Shown: piece by piece, positions 1 to 10,600 of the stretch
Numbering within the stretch: the stretch's first letter is position 1
How the letters are laid out: the number at the start of each line of letters is the position of its first letter
Source of the DNA: the human T2T-CHM13v2.0 reference genome, Homo sapiens
Length of the DNA: 64,000 nt
Strand: one strand, 5' to 3'
Assembly (NCBI RefSeq): GCF_009914755.1
Contig: NC_060940.1
Translations under genes and position numbers: made by a program
Notes under the pieces: model-generated
What the model was told of the DNA's origin: nothing
The model's input: the letters and a program-made list of their open reading frames with translations, nothing else
Database searches by the model: none

Positions 1-241
1 CTTTAGACAGAGCAGATTTGAAAGTCTCTTTTTGTGGAATTTGCAAGTGGAGATTTCAAGCGCTTTGAGGCCAAAAGCAGAAAAGGAAATATTTTCCTAT
101 AAAAACTAGACAGAATCATTCTCAGAAACTGCTCTGTGATGTGTGTGTTCAACTCACAGAGTTTAACTTTCTTTTCATTCAGCAGTTTGGAAACACTCTG
201 TTTGGAAAGTCTGCACGTGGATATTTTGACCTCTTTGAGGC

Positions 242-258
242 CTTCGTTGGAAACGGGT
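242..258 (+). promoter_or_regulatory. CENP-B box, monomer m2 (CTTCGTTGGAAACGGGT); recurs in each HOR containing m2
   Basis: Matches the core NTTCGNNNNANNCGGGN; only position 17 differs from YTTCGTTGGAARCGGGA. Confidence 0.93.
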
Positions 259-581
259 TTTTTTCATGTAAGGCTAGACAGAAGAAATCTCAGTAACTTC
301 CTTGTGTTGTGTGTATTCAACTGACAGAGTTGAACCTTCCTTTAGACAGAGCAGATTCGAAACACTCTTTTTCTGCAATTTGCAAGTGGAGACTTCAAGC
401 GCTTTGAGGCCAAAGGCAGAAAAGGAAATATCTTCGTATAAAAACCCGACAGAATCATTCTCAGAAACTGCTCTGTGATGTGTGCGTTCAACTCACAGAG
501 TTTAACTTTTCTTTTCATTCAGCAGTTTGGAAACACTCTGTTTGTAAAGTCTGCAAGTGGATATCTTGGCCTCTTAGAGGC

Positions 582-598
582 CTTCGTTGGAAACGGGT
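582..598 (+). promoter_or_regulatory. CENP-B box, monomer m4 (CTTCGTTGGAAACGGGT)
   Basis: Intact 9-bp core, 340 bp after the previous box. Confidence 0.93.
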
Positions 599-749
599 TT
601 TTTCATGTAAGGTTAGACAGAGGAATTCCCAGTAACTTCCTTGTGTTGTGTGCATTCAACTCACAGAGTTGAATGATTCTTTACACAGAGCAGATTTGAG
701 ACACTCTTTTGGTGGAATTTGTAAGTGGAGAATTCAGCCGCTTTGAGGT

Positions 750-767
750 CAACGGTAGAAAAGGAAA
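750..767 (+). promoter_or_regulatory. pJalpha-like (A-box) motif of A-type monomers; example in m5
   Basis: CAACGGTAGAAAAGGAAA occupies the position equivalent to the CENP-B box in alternate monomers and resembles the pJalpha consensus CTAYGGTGRAAAAGGAA. Confidence 0.6.
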
Positions 768-920
768 TATCTTCGTATAAAAACTAGACAGAATGATTCT
801 CAGAAACTGTTTTGTGATGTGTGCGTTCAACTCACAGAGTTTAACCTTTCTTTTCAAAGAGCAGTTAGGAAACACTCTGTTTGTAAAGTCTGCAAGTGGA
901 TATTCAGACCTCTTTGAGGC

Positions 921-937
921 CTTCGTTGGAAACGGGA
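921..937 (+). promoter_or_regulatory. CENP-B box, monomer m6 (CTTCGTTGGAAACGGGA)
   Basis: Perfect match to the 17-bp consensus. Confidence 0.96.
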
Positions 938-1260
938 TTTCTTCATATTATGCTAGACAGATGAATTCTCAGTAACTTCCTTGTGTTGTGTGTATTCAAC
1001 TCACAGAGTTGAACGATCCTTTACACAGAGCAGATTTGAAACACTGTTTTTCTGGAATTTGCAAGTGGAGATTTCAGCCGCTTTGAGGTCAATGGTAGAA
1101 AAAGAAATATCTTCGTATAAAAACTAGACAGAATGATTCTCAGAAACTCCTTTGTGATGTGTGCGTTCAACTCACAGAGTTTAACCTTTCTTTTCACAGA
1201 GCAGTTAGGAAACACTCTGTTTGTGAAGCCTGCCAGTGGATATTCGGACCTCTTTGAGGC

Positions 1261-1277
1261 CTTCGTTGGAAACGGGA
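1261..1277 (+). promoter_or_regulatory. CENP-B box, monomer m8 (CTTCGTTGGAAACGGGA)
   Basis: Perfect match to the 17-bp consensus. Confidence 0.96.
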
Positions 1278-1600
1278 TTTCTTCATATTATGCTAGACAG
1301 AAGATTTCTCAGTAACTTCTTTGTGTTGTGTGTATGCAACTCACAGAGTTCAACCTTCCTTTAGACAGAGCAGATTTGAAACACTCTTTTTGTGGAATTT
1401 GCAAGTGGAGATTTCAAGCGCTTCGATGCCAATGGTAGAAAAGGAAATATCTTCGTATAAAAACAAGACAAACTCGTTCCCAGACACTGCGTAGTGATGT
1501 GTGTGTTTAACTCACAGAGTTTCACCTTTCTTTTCATACAGCATTCTGGAAACCCTCTGTTTGTAAAGTCTGCAAGTGGATATTTGGACCTCTTAGATGC

Positions 1601-1617
1601 CTTCGTTGGAAACGGGA
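1601..1617 (+). promoter_or_regulatory. CENP-B box, monomer m10 (CTTCGTTGGAAACGGGA)
   Basis: Perfect match to the 17-bp consensus; completes five boxes per 10-mer (roughly 188 box positions in the window at one per 340 bp). Confidence 0.96.
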
Positions 1618-4600
1618 TTTCTTCATATAATGCTAGAGGGAAGAATTCTTAGTAACTTCTTTGTGTTGTGTGTATTCAACTGACAGAGTTGAACCTTCCT
1701 TTAGACAGAGCAGATTTGAAAGTCTCTTTTTGTGGAATTTGCAAGTGGAGATTTCAAGCGCTTTGAGGCCAAAAGCAGAAAAGGAAATGTTTTCCTATAA
1801 AAACTAGACAGAATCTTTCTCAGAAACTGCTCTGGGATGTGTGCGTTCAACTCACAGAGTTTAACTTTTCTTTTCATTCAGCAGTTTGGAAACACTCTGT
1901 TTGGAAAGTCTGCACGTGGATATTTTGACCTCTTTGAGGCCTTCGTTGGAAACGGGTTTTTTTCATGTAAGGCTAGACAGAAGAAATCTCAGTAACTTCC
2001 TTGTGTTGTGTGTATTCAACTGACAGAGTTGAACCTTCTTTTAGACAGAGCAGATTCGAAACACTCTTTTTCTGCAATTTGCAAGTGGAGACTTCAAGCG
2101 CTTTGAGGCCAAAGGCAGAAAAGGAAATATCTTCGTATAAAAACCCGACAGAATCATTCTCAGAAACTGCTCTGTGATGTGTGCGTTCAACTCACAGAGT
2201 TTAACTTTTCTTTTCATTCAGCAGTTTGGAAACACTCTGTTTGTAAAGTCTGCAAGTGGATATCTTGGCCTCTTAGAGGCCTTCGTTGGAAACGGGTTTT
2301 TTCATGTAAGGTTAGACAGAGGAATTCCCAGTAACTTCCTTGTGTTGTGTGCATTCTACTCACAGAGTTGAATGATTCTTTACACAGAGCAGATTTGAGA
2401 CACTCTTTTGGTGGAATTTGTAAGTGGAGAATTCAGCTGCTTTGAGGTCAACGGTAGAAAAGGAAATATCTTCGTATAAAAACTAGACAGAATGATTCTC
2501 AGAAACTGTTTTGTGATGTGTGCGTTCAACTCACAGAGTTTAACCTTTCTTTTCAAAGAGCAGTTAGGAAACACTCTGTTTGTAAAGTCTGCAAGTGGAT
2601 ATTCAGACCTCTTTGAGGCCTTCGTTGGAAACGGGATTTCTTCATATTATGCTAGACAGATGAATTCTCAGTAACTTCCTTGTGTTGTGTGTATTCAACT
2701 CACAGAGTTGAACGATCCTTTACAGAGAGCAGATTTGAAACACTGTTTTTCTGGAATTTGCAAGTGGAGATTTCAGCTGCTTTGAGGTCAATGGTAGAAA
2801 AGGAAATATCTTCGTATAAAAACTAGACAGAATGATTCTCAGAAACTCCTTTGTGATGTGTGCGTTCAACTCACAGAGTTTAACCTTTCTTTTCACAGAG
2901 CAGTTAGGAAACACTCTGTTTGTGAAGCCTGCCAGTGGATATTCGGACCTCTTTGAGGCCTTCGTTGGAAACGGGATTTCTTCATATTATGCTAGACAGA
3001 AGATTTCTCAGTAACTTCTTTGTGTTGTGTGTATGCAACTCACAGAGTTCAACCTTCCTTTAGACAGAGCAGATTTGAAACACTCTTTTTGTGGAATTTG
3101 CAAGTGGAGATTTCAAGCGCTTCGATGCCAATGGTAGAAAAGGAAATATCTTCGTATAAAAACAAGACAAACTCATTCCCAGACACTGCGTAGTGATGTG
3201 TGTGTTTAACTCACAGAGTTTCACCTTTCTTTTCATACAGCATTCTGGAAACCCTCTGTTTGTAAAGTCTGCAAGTGGATATTTGGACCTCTTAGATGCC
3301 TTCGTTGGAAACGGGATTTCTTCATATAATGCTAGAGGGAAGAATTCTTAGTAACTTCTTTGTGTTGTGTGTATTCAACTGACAGAGTTGAACCTTCCTT
3401 TAGACAGAGCAGATTTGAAAGTCTCTTTTTGTGGAATTTGCAAGTGGAGATTTCAAGCGCTTTGAGGCCAAAAGCAGAAAAGGAAATATTTTCCTATAAA
3501 AACTAGACAGAATCATTCTCAGAAACTGCTCTGTGATGTGTGTGTTCAACTCACAGAGTTTAACTTTCTTTTCATTCAGCAGTTTGGAAACACTCTGTTT
3601 GGAAAGTCTGCACGTGGATATTTTGACCTCTTTGAGGCCTTCGTTGGAAACGGGTTTTTTTCATGTAAGGCTAGACAGAAGAAATCTCAGTAACTTCCTT
3701 GTGTTGTGTGTATTCAACTGACAGAGTTGAACCTTCCTTTAGACAGAGCAGATTCGAAACACTCTTTTTCTGCAATTTGCAAGTGGAGACTTCAAGCGCT
3801 TTGAGGCCAAAGGCAGAAAAGGAAATATCTTCGTATAAAAACCCGACAGAATCATTCTCAGAAACTGCTCTGTGATGTGTGCGTTCAACTCACAGAGTTT
3901 AACTTTTCTTTTCATTCAGCAGTTTGGAAACACTCTGTTTGTAAAGTCTGCAAGTGGATATCTTGGCCTCTTAGAGGCCTTCGTTGGAAACGGGTTTTTT
4001 CATGTAAGGTTAGACAGAGGAATTCCCAGTAACTTCCTTGTGTTGTGTGCATTCAACTCACAGAGTTGAATGATTCTTTACACAGAGCAGATTTGAGACA
4101 CTCTTTTGGTGGAATTTGTTAGTGGAGAATTCAGCCGCTTTGAGGTCAACGGTAGAAAAGGAAATATCTTCGTATAAAAACTAGACAGAATGATTCTCAG
4201 AAACTGTTTTGTGATGTGTGCGTTCAACTCACAGAGTTTAACCTTTCTTTTCAAAGAGCAGTTAGGAAACACTCTGTTTGTAAAGTCTGCAAGTGGATAT
4301 TCAGACCTCTTTGAGGCCTTCGTTGGAAACGGGATTTCTTCATATTATGCTAGACAGATGAATTCTCAGTAACTTCCTTGTGTTGTGTGTATTCAACTCA
4401 CAGAGTTGAACGATCCTTTACACAGAGCAGATTTGAAACACTGTTTTTCTGGAATTTGCAAGTGGAGATTTCAGCCGCTTTGAGGTCAATGGTAGAAAAA
4501 GAAATATCTTCGTATAAAAACTAGACAGAATGATTCTCAGAAACTCCTTTGTGATGTGTGCGTTCAACTCACAGAGTTTAACCTTTCTTTTCACAGAGCA

Positions 4601-7600
4601 GTTAGGAAACACTCTGTTTGTGAAGCCTGCCAGTGGATATTCGGACCTCTTTGAGGCCTTCGTTGGAAACGGGATTTCTTCATATTATGCTAGACAGAAG
4701 ATTTCTCAGTAACTTCTTTGTGTTGTGTGTATGCAACTCACAGAGTTCAACCTTCCTTTAGACAGAGCAGATTTGAAACACTCTTTTTGTGGAATTTGCA
4801 AGTGGAGATTTCAAGCGCTTCGATGCCAATGGTAGAAAAGGAAATATCTTCGTAGAAAAACAAGACAAACTCGTTCCCAGACACTGCGTAGTGATGTGTG
4901 TGTTTAACTCACAGAGTTTCACCTTTCTTTTCATACAGCATTCTGGAAACCCTCTGTTTGTAAAGTCTGCAAGTGGATATTTGGACCTCTTAGATGCCTT
5001 CGTTGGAAACGGGATTTCTTCATATAATGCTAGAGGGAAGAATTCTTAGTAACTTCTTTGTGTTGTGTGTATTCAACTGACAGAGTTGAACCTTCCTTTA
5101 GACAGAGCAGATTTGAAAGTCTCTTTTTGTGGAATTTGCAAGTGGAGATTTCAAGCGCTTTGAGGCCAAAAGCAGAAAAGGAAATATTTTCCTATAAAAA
5201 CTAGACAGAATCATTCTCAGAAACTGCTCTGTGATGTGTGTGTTCAACTCACAGAGTTTAACTTTCTTTTCATTCAGCAGTTTGGAAACACTCTGTTTGG
5301 AAAGTCTGCACGTGGATATTTTGACCTCTTTGAGGCCTTCGTTGGAAACGGGTTTTTTTCATGTAAGGCTAGACAGAAGAAATCTCAGTAACTTCCTTGT
5401 GTTGTGTGTATTCAACTGACAGAGTTGAACCTTCCTTTAGACAGAGCAGATTCGAAACACTCTTTTTCTGCAATTTGCAAGTGGAGACTTCAAGCGCTTT
5501 GAGGCCAAAGGCAGAAAAGGAAATATCTTCGTATAAAAACCCGACAGAATCATTCTCAGAAACTGCTCTGTGATGTGTGCGTTCAACTCACAGAGTTTAA
5601 CTTTTCTTTTCATTCAGCAGTTTGGAAACACTCTGTTTGTAAAGTCTGCAAGTGGATATCTTGGCCTCTTAGAGGCCTTCGTTGGAAACGGGTTTTGTCA
5701 TGTAAGGTTAGACAGAGGAATTCCCAGTAACTTCCTTGTGTTGTGTGCATTCAACTCACAGAGTTGAATGATTCTTTACACAGAGCAGATTTGAGACACT
5801 CTTTTGGTGGAATTTGTTAGTGGAGAATTCAGCCGCTTTGAGGTCAACGGTAGAAAAGGAAATATCTTCGTATAAAAACTAGACAGAATGATTCTCAGAA
5901 ACTGTTTTGTGATGTGTGCGTTCAACTCACAGAGTTTAACCTTTCTTTTCAAAGAGCAGTTAGGAAACACTCTGTTTGTAAAGTCTGCAAGTGGATATTC
6001 AGACCTCTTTGAGGCCTTCGTTGGAAACGGGATTTCTTCATATTATGCTAGACAGATGAATTCTCAGTAACTTCCTTGTGTTGTGTGTATTCAACTCACA
6101 GAGTTGAACGATCCTTTACACAGAGCAGATTTGAAACACTGTTTTTCTGGAATTTGCAAGTGGAGATTTCAGCCGCTTTGAGGTCAATGGTAGAAAAAGA
6201 AATATCTTCGTATAAAAACTAGACAGAATGATTCTCAGAAACTCCTTTGTGATGTGTGCGTTCAACTCACAGAGTTTAACCTTTCTTTTCACAGAGCAGT
6301 TAGGAAACACTCTGTTTGTGAAGCCTGCCAGTGGATATTCGGACCTCTTTGAGGCCTTCGTTGGAAACGGGATTTCTTCATATTATGCTAGACAGAAGAT
6401 TTCTCAGTAACTTCTTTGTGTTGTGTGTATGCAACTCACAGAGTTCAACCTTCCTTTAGACAGAGCAGATTTGAAACACTCTTTTTGTGGAATTTGCAAG
6501 TGGAGATTTCAAGCGCTTCGATGCCAATGGTAGAAAAGGAAATATCTTCGCATAAAACAAGACAAACTCGTTCCCAGACACTGCGTAGTGATGTGTGTGT
6601 TTAACTCACAGAGTTTAACCTTTCTTTTCATACAGCATTCTGGAAACCCTCTGTTTGTAAAGTCTGCAAGTGGATATTTGGACCTCTTAGATGCCTTCGT
6701 TGGAAACGGGATTTCTTCATATAATGCTAGAGGGAAGAATTCTTAGTAACTTCTTTGTGTTGTGTGTATTCAACTGACAGAGTTGAACCTTCCTTTAGAC
6801 AGAGCAGATTTGAAAGTCTCTTTTTGTGGAATTTGCAAGTGGAGATTTCAAGCGCTTTGAGGCCAAAAGCAGAAAAGGAAATATTTTCCTATAAAAACTA
6901 GACAGAATCTTTCTCAGAAACTGCTCTGGGATGTGTGCGTTCAACTCACAGAGTTTAACTTTTCTTTTCATTCAGCAGTTTGGAAACACTCTGTTTGGAA
7001 AGTCTGCACGTGGATATTTTGACCTCTTTGAGGCCTTCGTTGGAAACGGGTTTTTTTCATGTAAGGCTAGACAGAAGAAATCTCAGTAACTTCCTTGTGT
7101 TGTGTGTATTCAACTGACAGAGTTGAACCTTCCTTTAGACAGAGCAGATTCGAAACACTCTTTTTCTGCAATTTGCAAGTGGAGACTTCAAGCGCTTTGA
7201 GGCCAAAGGCAGAAAAGGAAATATCTTCGTATAAAAACCCGACAGAATCATTCTCAGAAACTGCTCTGTGATGTGTGCGTTCAACTCACAGAGTTTAACT
7301 TTTCTTTTCATTCAGCAGTTTGGAAACACTCTGTTTGGAAAGTCTGCAAGTGGATATCTTGGCCTCTTAGAGGCCTTCGTTGGAAACGGGTTTTTTCATG
7401 TAAGGTTAGACAGAGGAATTCCCAGTAACTTCCTTGTGTTGTGTGCATTCAACTCACAGAGTTGAATGATTCTTTACACAGAGCAGATTTGAGACACTCT
7501 TTTGGTGGAATTTGTTAGTGGAGAATTCAGCCGCTTTGAGGTCAACGGTAGAAAAGGAAATATCTTCGTATAAAAACTAGACAGAATGATTCTCAGAAAC

Positions 7601-10600
7601 TGTTTTGTGATGTGTGCGTTCAACTCACAGAGTTTAACCTTTCTTTTCAAAGAGCAGTTAGGAAACACTCTGTTTGTAAAGTCTGCAAGTGGATATTCAG
7701 ACCTCTTTGAGGCCTTCGTTGGAAACGGGATTTCTTCATATTATGCTAGACAGATGAATTCTCAGTAACTTCCTTGTGTTGTGTGTATTCAACTCACAGA
7801 GTTGAACGATCCTTTACACAGAGCAGATTTGAAACACTGTTTTTCTGGAATTTGCAAGTGGAGATTTCAGCCGCTTTGAGGTCAATGGTAGAAAAAGAAA
7901 TATCTTCGTATAAAAACTAGACAGAATGATTCTCAGAAACTCCTTTGTGATGTGTGCGTTCAACTCACAGAGTTTAACCTTTCTTTTCACAGAGCAGTTA
8001 GGAAACACTCTGTTTGTGAAGCCTGCCAGTGGATATTCGGACCTCTTTGAGGCCTTCGTTGGAAACGGGATTTCTTCATATTATGCTAGACAGAAGATTT
8101 CTCAGTAACTTCTTTGTGTTGTGTGTATGCAACTCACAGAGCTCAACCTTCCTTTAGACAGAGCAGATTTGAAACACTCTTTTTGTGGAATTTGCAAGTG
8201 GAGATTTCAAGCGCTTCGATGCCAATGGTAGAAAAGGAAATATCTTCGTATAAAAACAAGACAAACTCGTTCCCAGACACTGCGTAGTGATGTGTGTGTT
8301 TAACTCACAGAGTTTAACCTTTCTTTTCATACAGCATTCTGGAAACCCTCTGTTTGTAAAGTCTGCAAGTGGATATTTGGACCTCTTAGATGCCTTCGTT
8401 GGAAACGGGATTTCTTCATATAATGCTAGAGGGAAGAATTCTTAGTAACTTCTTTGTGTTGTGTGTATTCAACTGACAGAGTTGAACCTTCCTTTAGACA
8501 GAGCAGATTTGAAAGTCTCTTTTTGTGGAATTTGCAAGTGGAGATTTCAAGCGCTTTGAGGCCAAAAGCAGAAAAGGAAATATTTTCCTATAAAAACTAG
8601 ACAGAATCATTCTCAGAAACTGCTCTGTGATGTGTGTGTTCAACTCACAGAGTTTAACTTTCTTTTCATTCAGCAGTTTGGAAACACTCTGTTTGGAAAG
8701 TCTGCACGTGGATATTTTGACCTCTTTGAGGCCTTCGTTGGAAACGGGTTTTTTTCATGTAACGCTAGACAGAAGAAATCTCAGTAACTTCCTTGTGTTG
8801 TGTGTATTCAACTGACAGAGTTGAACCTTCCTTTAGACAGAGCAGATTCGAAACACTCTTTTTCTGCAATTTGCAAGTGGAGACTTCAAGCGCTTTGAGG
8901 CCAAAGGCAGAAAAGGAAATATCTTCGTATAAAAACCCGACAGAATCATTCTCAGAAACTGCTCTGTGATGTGTGCGTTCAACTCACAGAGTTTAACTTT
9001 TCTTTTCATTCAGCAGTTTGGAAACACTCTGTTTGTAAAGTCTGCAAGTGGATATCTTGGCCTCTTAGAGGCCTTCGTTGGAAACGGGTTTTTTCATGTA
9101 AGGTTAGACAGAGGAATTCCCAGTAACTTCCTTGTGTTGTGTGCATTCAACTCACAGAGTTGAATGATTCTTTACACAGAGCAGATTTGAGACACTCTTT
9201 TGGTGGAATTTGTAAGTGGAGAATTCAGCCGCTTTGAGGTCAACGGTAGAAAAGGAAATATCTTCGTATAAAAACTAGACAGAATGATTCTCAGAAACTG
9301 TTTTGTGATGTGTGCGTTCAACTCACAGAGTTTAACCTTTCTTTTCAAAGAGCAGTTAGGAAACACTCTGTTTGTAAAGTCTGCAAGTGGATATTCAGAC
9401 CTCTTTGAGGCCTTCGTTGGAAACGGGATTTCTTCATATTATGCTAGACAGATGAATTCTCAGTAACTTCCTTGTGTTGTGTGTATTCAACTCACAGAGT
9501 TGAACGATCCTTTACACAGAGCAGATTTGAAACACTGTTTTTCTGGAATTTGCAAGTGGAGATTTCAGCCGCTTTGAGGTCAATGGTAGAAAAGGGAATA
9601 TCTTCGTATAAAAACTAGACAGAATGATTCTCAGAAACTCCTTTGTGATGTGTGCGTTCAACTCACAGAGTTTAACCTTTCTTTTCACAGAGCAGTTAGG
9701 AAACACTCTGTTTGTGAAGCCTGCCAGTGGATATTCGGACCTCTTTGAGGCCTTCGTTGGAAACGGGATTTCTTCATATTATGCTAGACAGAAGATTTCT
9801 CAGTAACTTCTTTGTGTTGTGTGTATGCAACTCACAGAGTTCAACCTTCCTTTAGACAGAGCAGATTTGAAACACTCTTTTTGTGGAATTTGCAAGTGGA
9901 GATTTCAAGCGCTTCGATGCCAATGGTAGAAAAGGAAATATCTTCGTATAAAAACAAGACAAACTCGTTCCCAGACACTGCGTAGTGATGTGTGTGTTTA
10001 ACTCACAGAGTTTCACCTTTCTTTTCATACAGCATTCTGGAAACCCTCTGTTTGTAAAGTCTGCAAGTGCATATTTGGACCTCTTAGATGCCTTCGTTGG
10101 AAACGGGATTTCTTCATATAATGCTAGAGGGAAGAATTCTTAGTAACTTCTTTGTGTTGTGTGTATTCAACTGACAGAGTTGAACCTTCCTTTAGACAGA
10201 GCAGATTTGAAAGTCTCTTTTTGTGGAATTTGCAAGTGGAGATTTCAAGCGCTTTGAGGCCAAAAGCAGAAAAGGAAATATTTTCCTATAAAAACTAGAC
10301 AGAATCATTCTCAGAAACTGCTCTGTGATGTGTGTGTTCAACTCACAGAGTTTAACTTTCTTTTCATTCAGCAGTTTGGAAACACTCTGTTTGGAAAGTC
10401 TGCACGTGGATATTTTGACCTCTTTGAGGCCTTCGTTGGAAACGGGTTTTTTTCATGTAAGGCTAGACAGAAGAAATCTCAGTAACTTCCTTGTGTTGTG
10501 TGTATTCAACTGACAGAGTTGAACCTTCCTTTAGACAGAGCAGATTCGAAACACTCTTTTTCTGCAATTTGCAAGTGGAGACTTCAAGCGCTTTGAGGCC

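Larger units (their letters stand above)
475..2173 (+). repeat. Representative canonical 10-mer HOR unit (m4-m5-m6-m7-m8-m9-m10-m1-m2-m3), 1699 bp
   Basis: Sequence starting at 475 recurs at 2174. Each monomer has diagnostic motifs, e.g. m8 GTGAAGCCTGCCAG, m9/m10 ACAAACTCGTTCCCAGACACTGCGTAG, m2 GGAAAGTCTGCACGTGG, m3 AAAAACCCGACAG. One GATC (Sau3AI) site seen per HOR, at 1015-1018, and four GAATTC sites. Confidence 0.95.

Noticed and set aside
4789-5049. Longer 86-aa ORF (also at 60495-60755)
   Set aside because: Created by a single T->G SNV (GTATAA->GTAGAA) removing a stop codon; useful only as a lineage marker.
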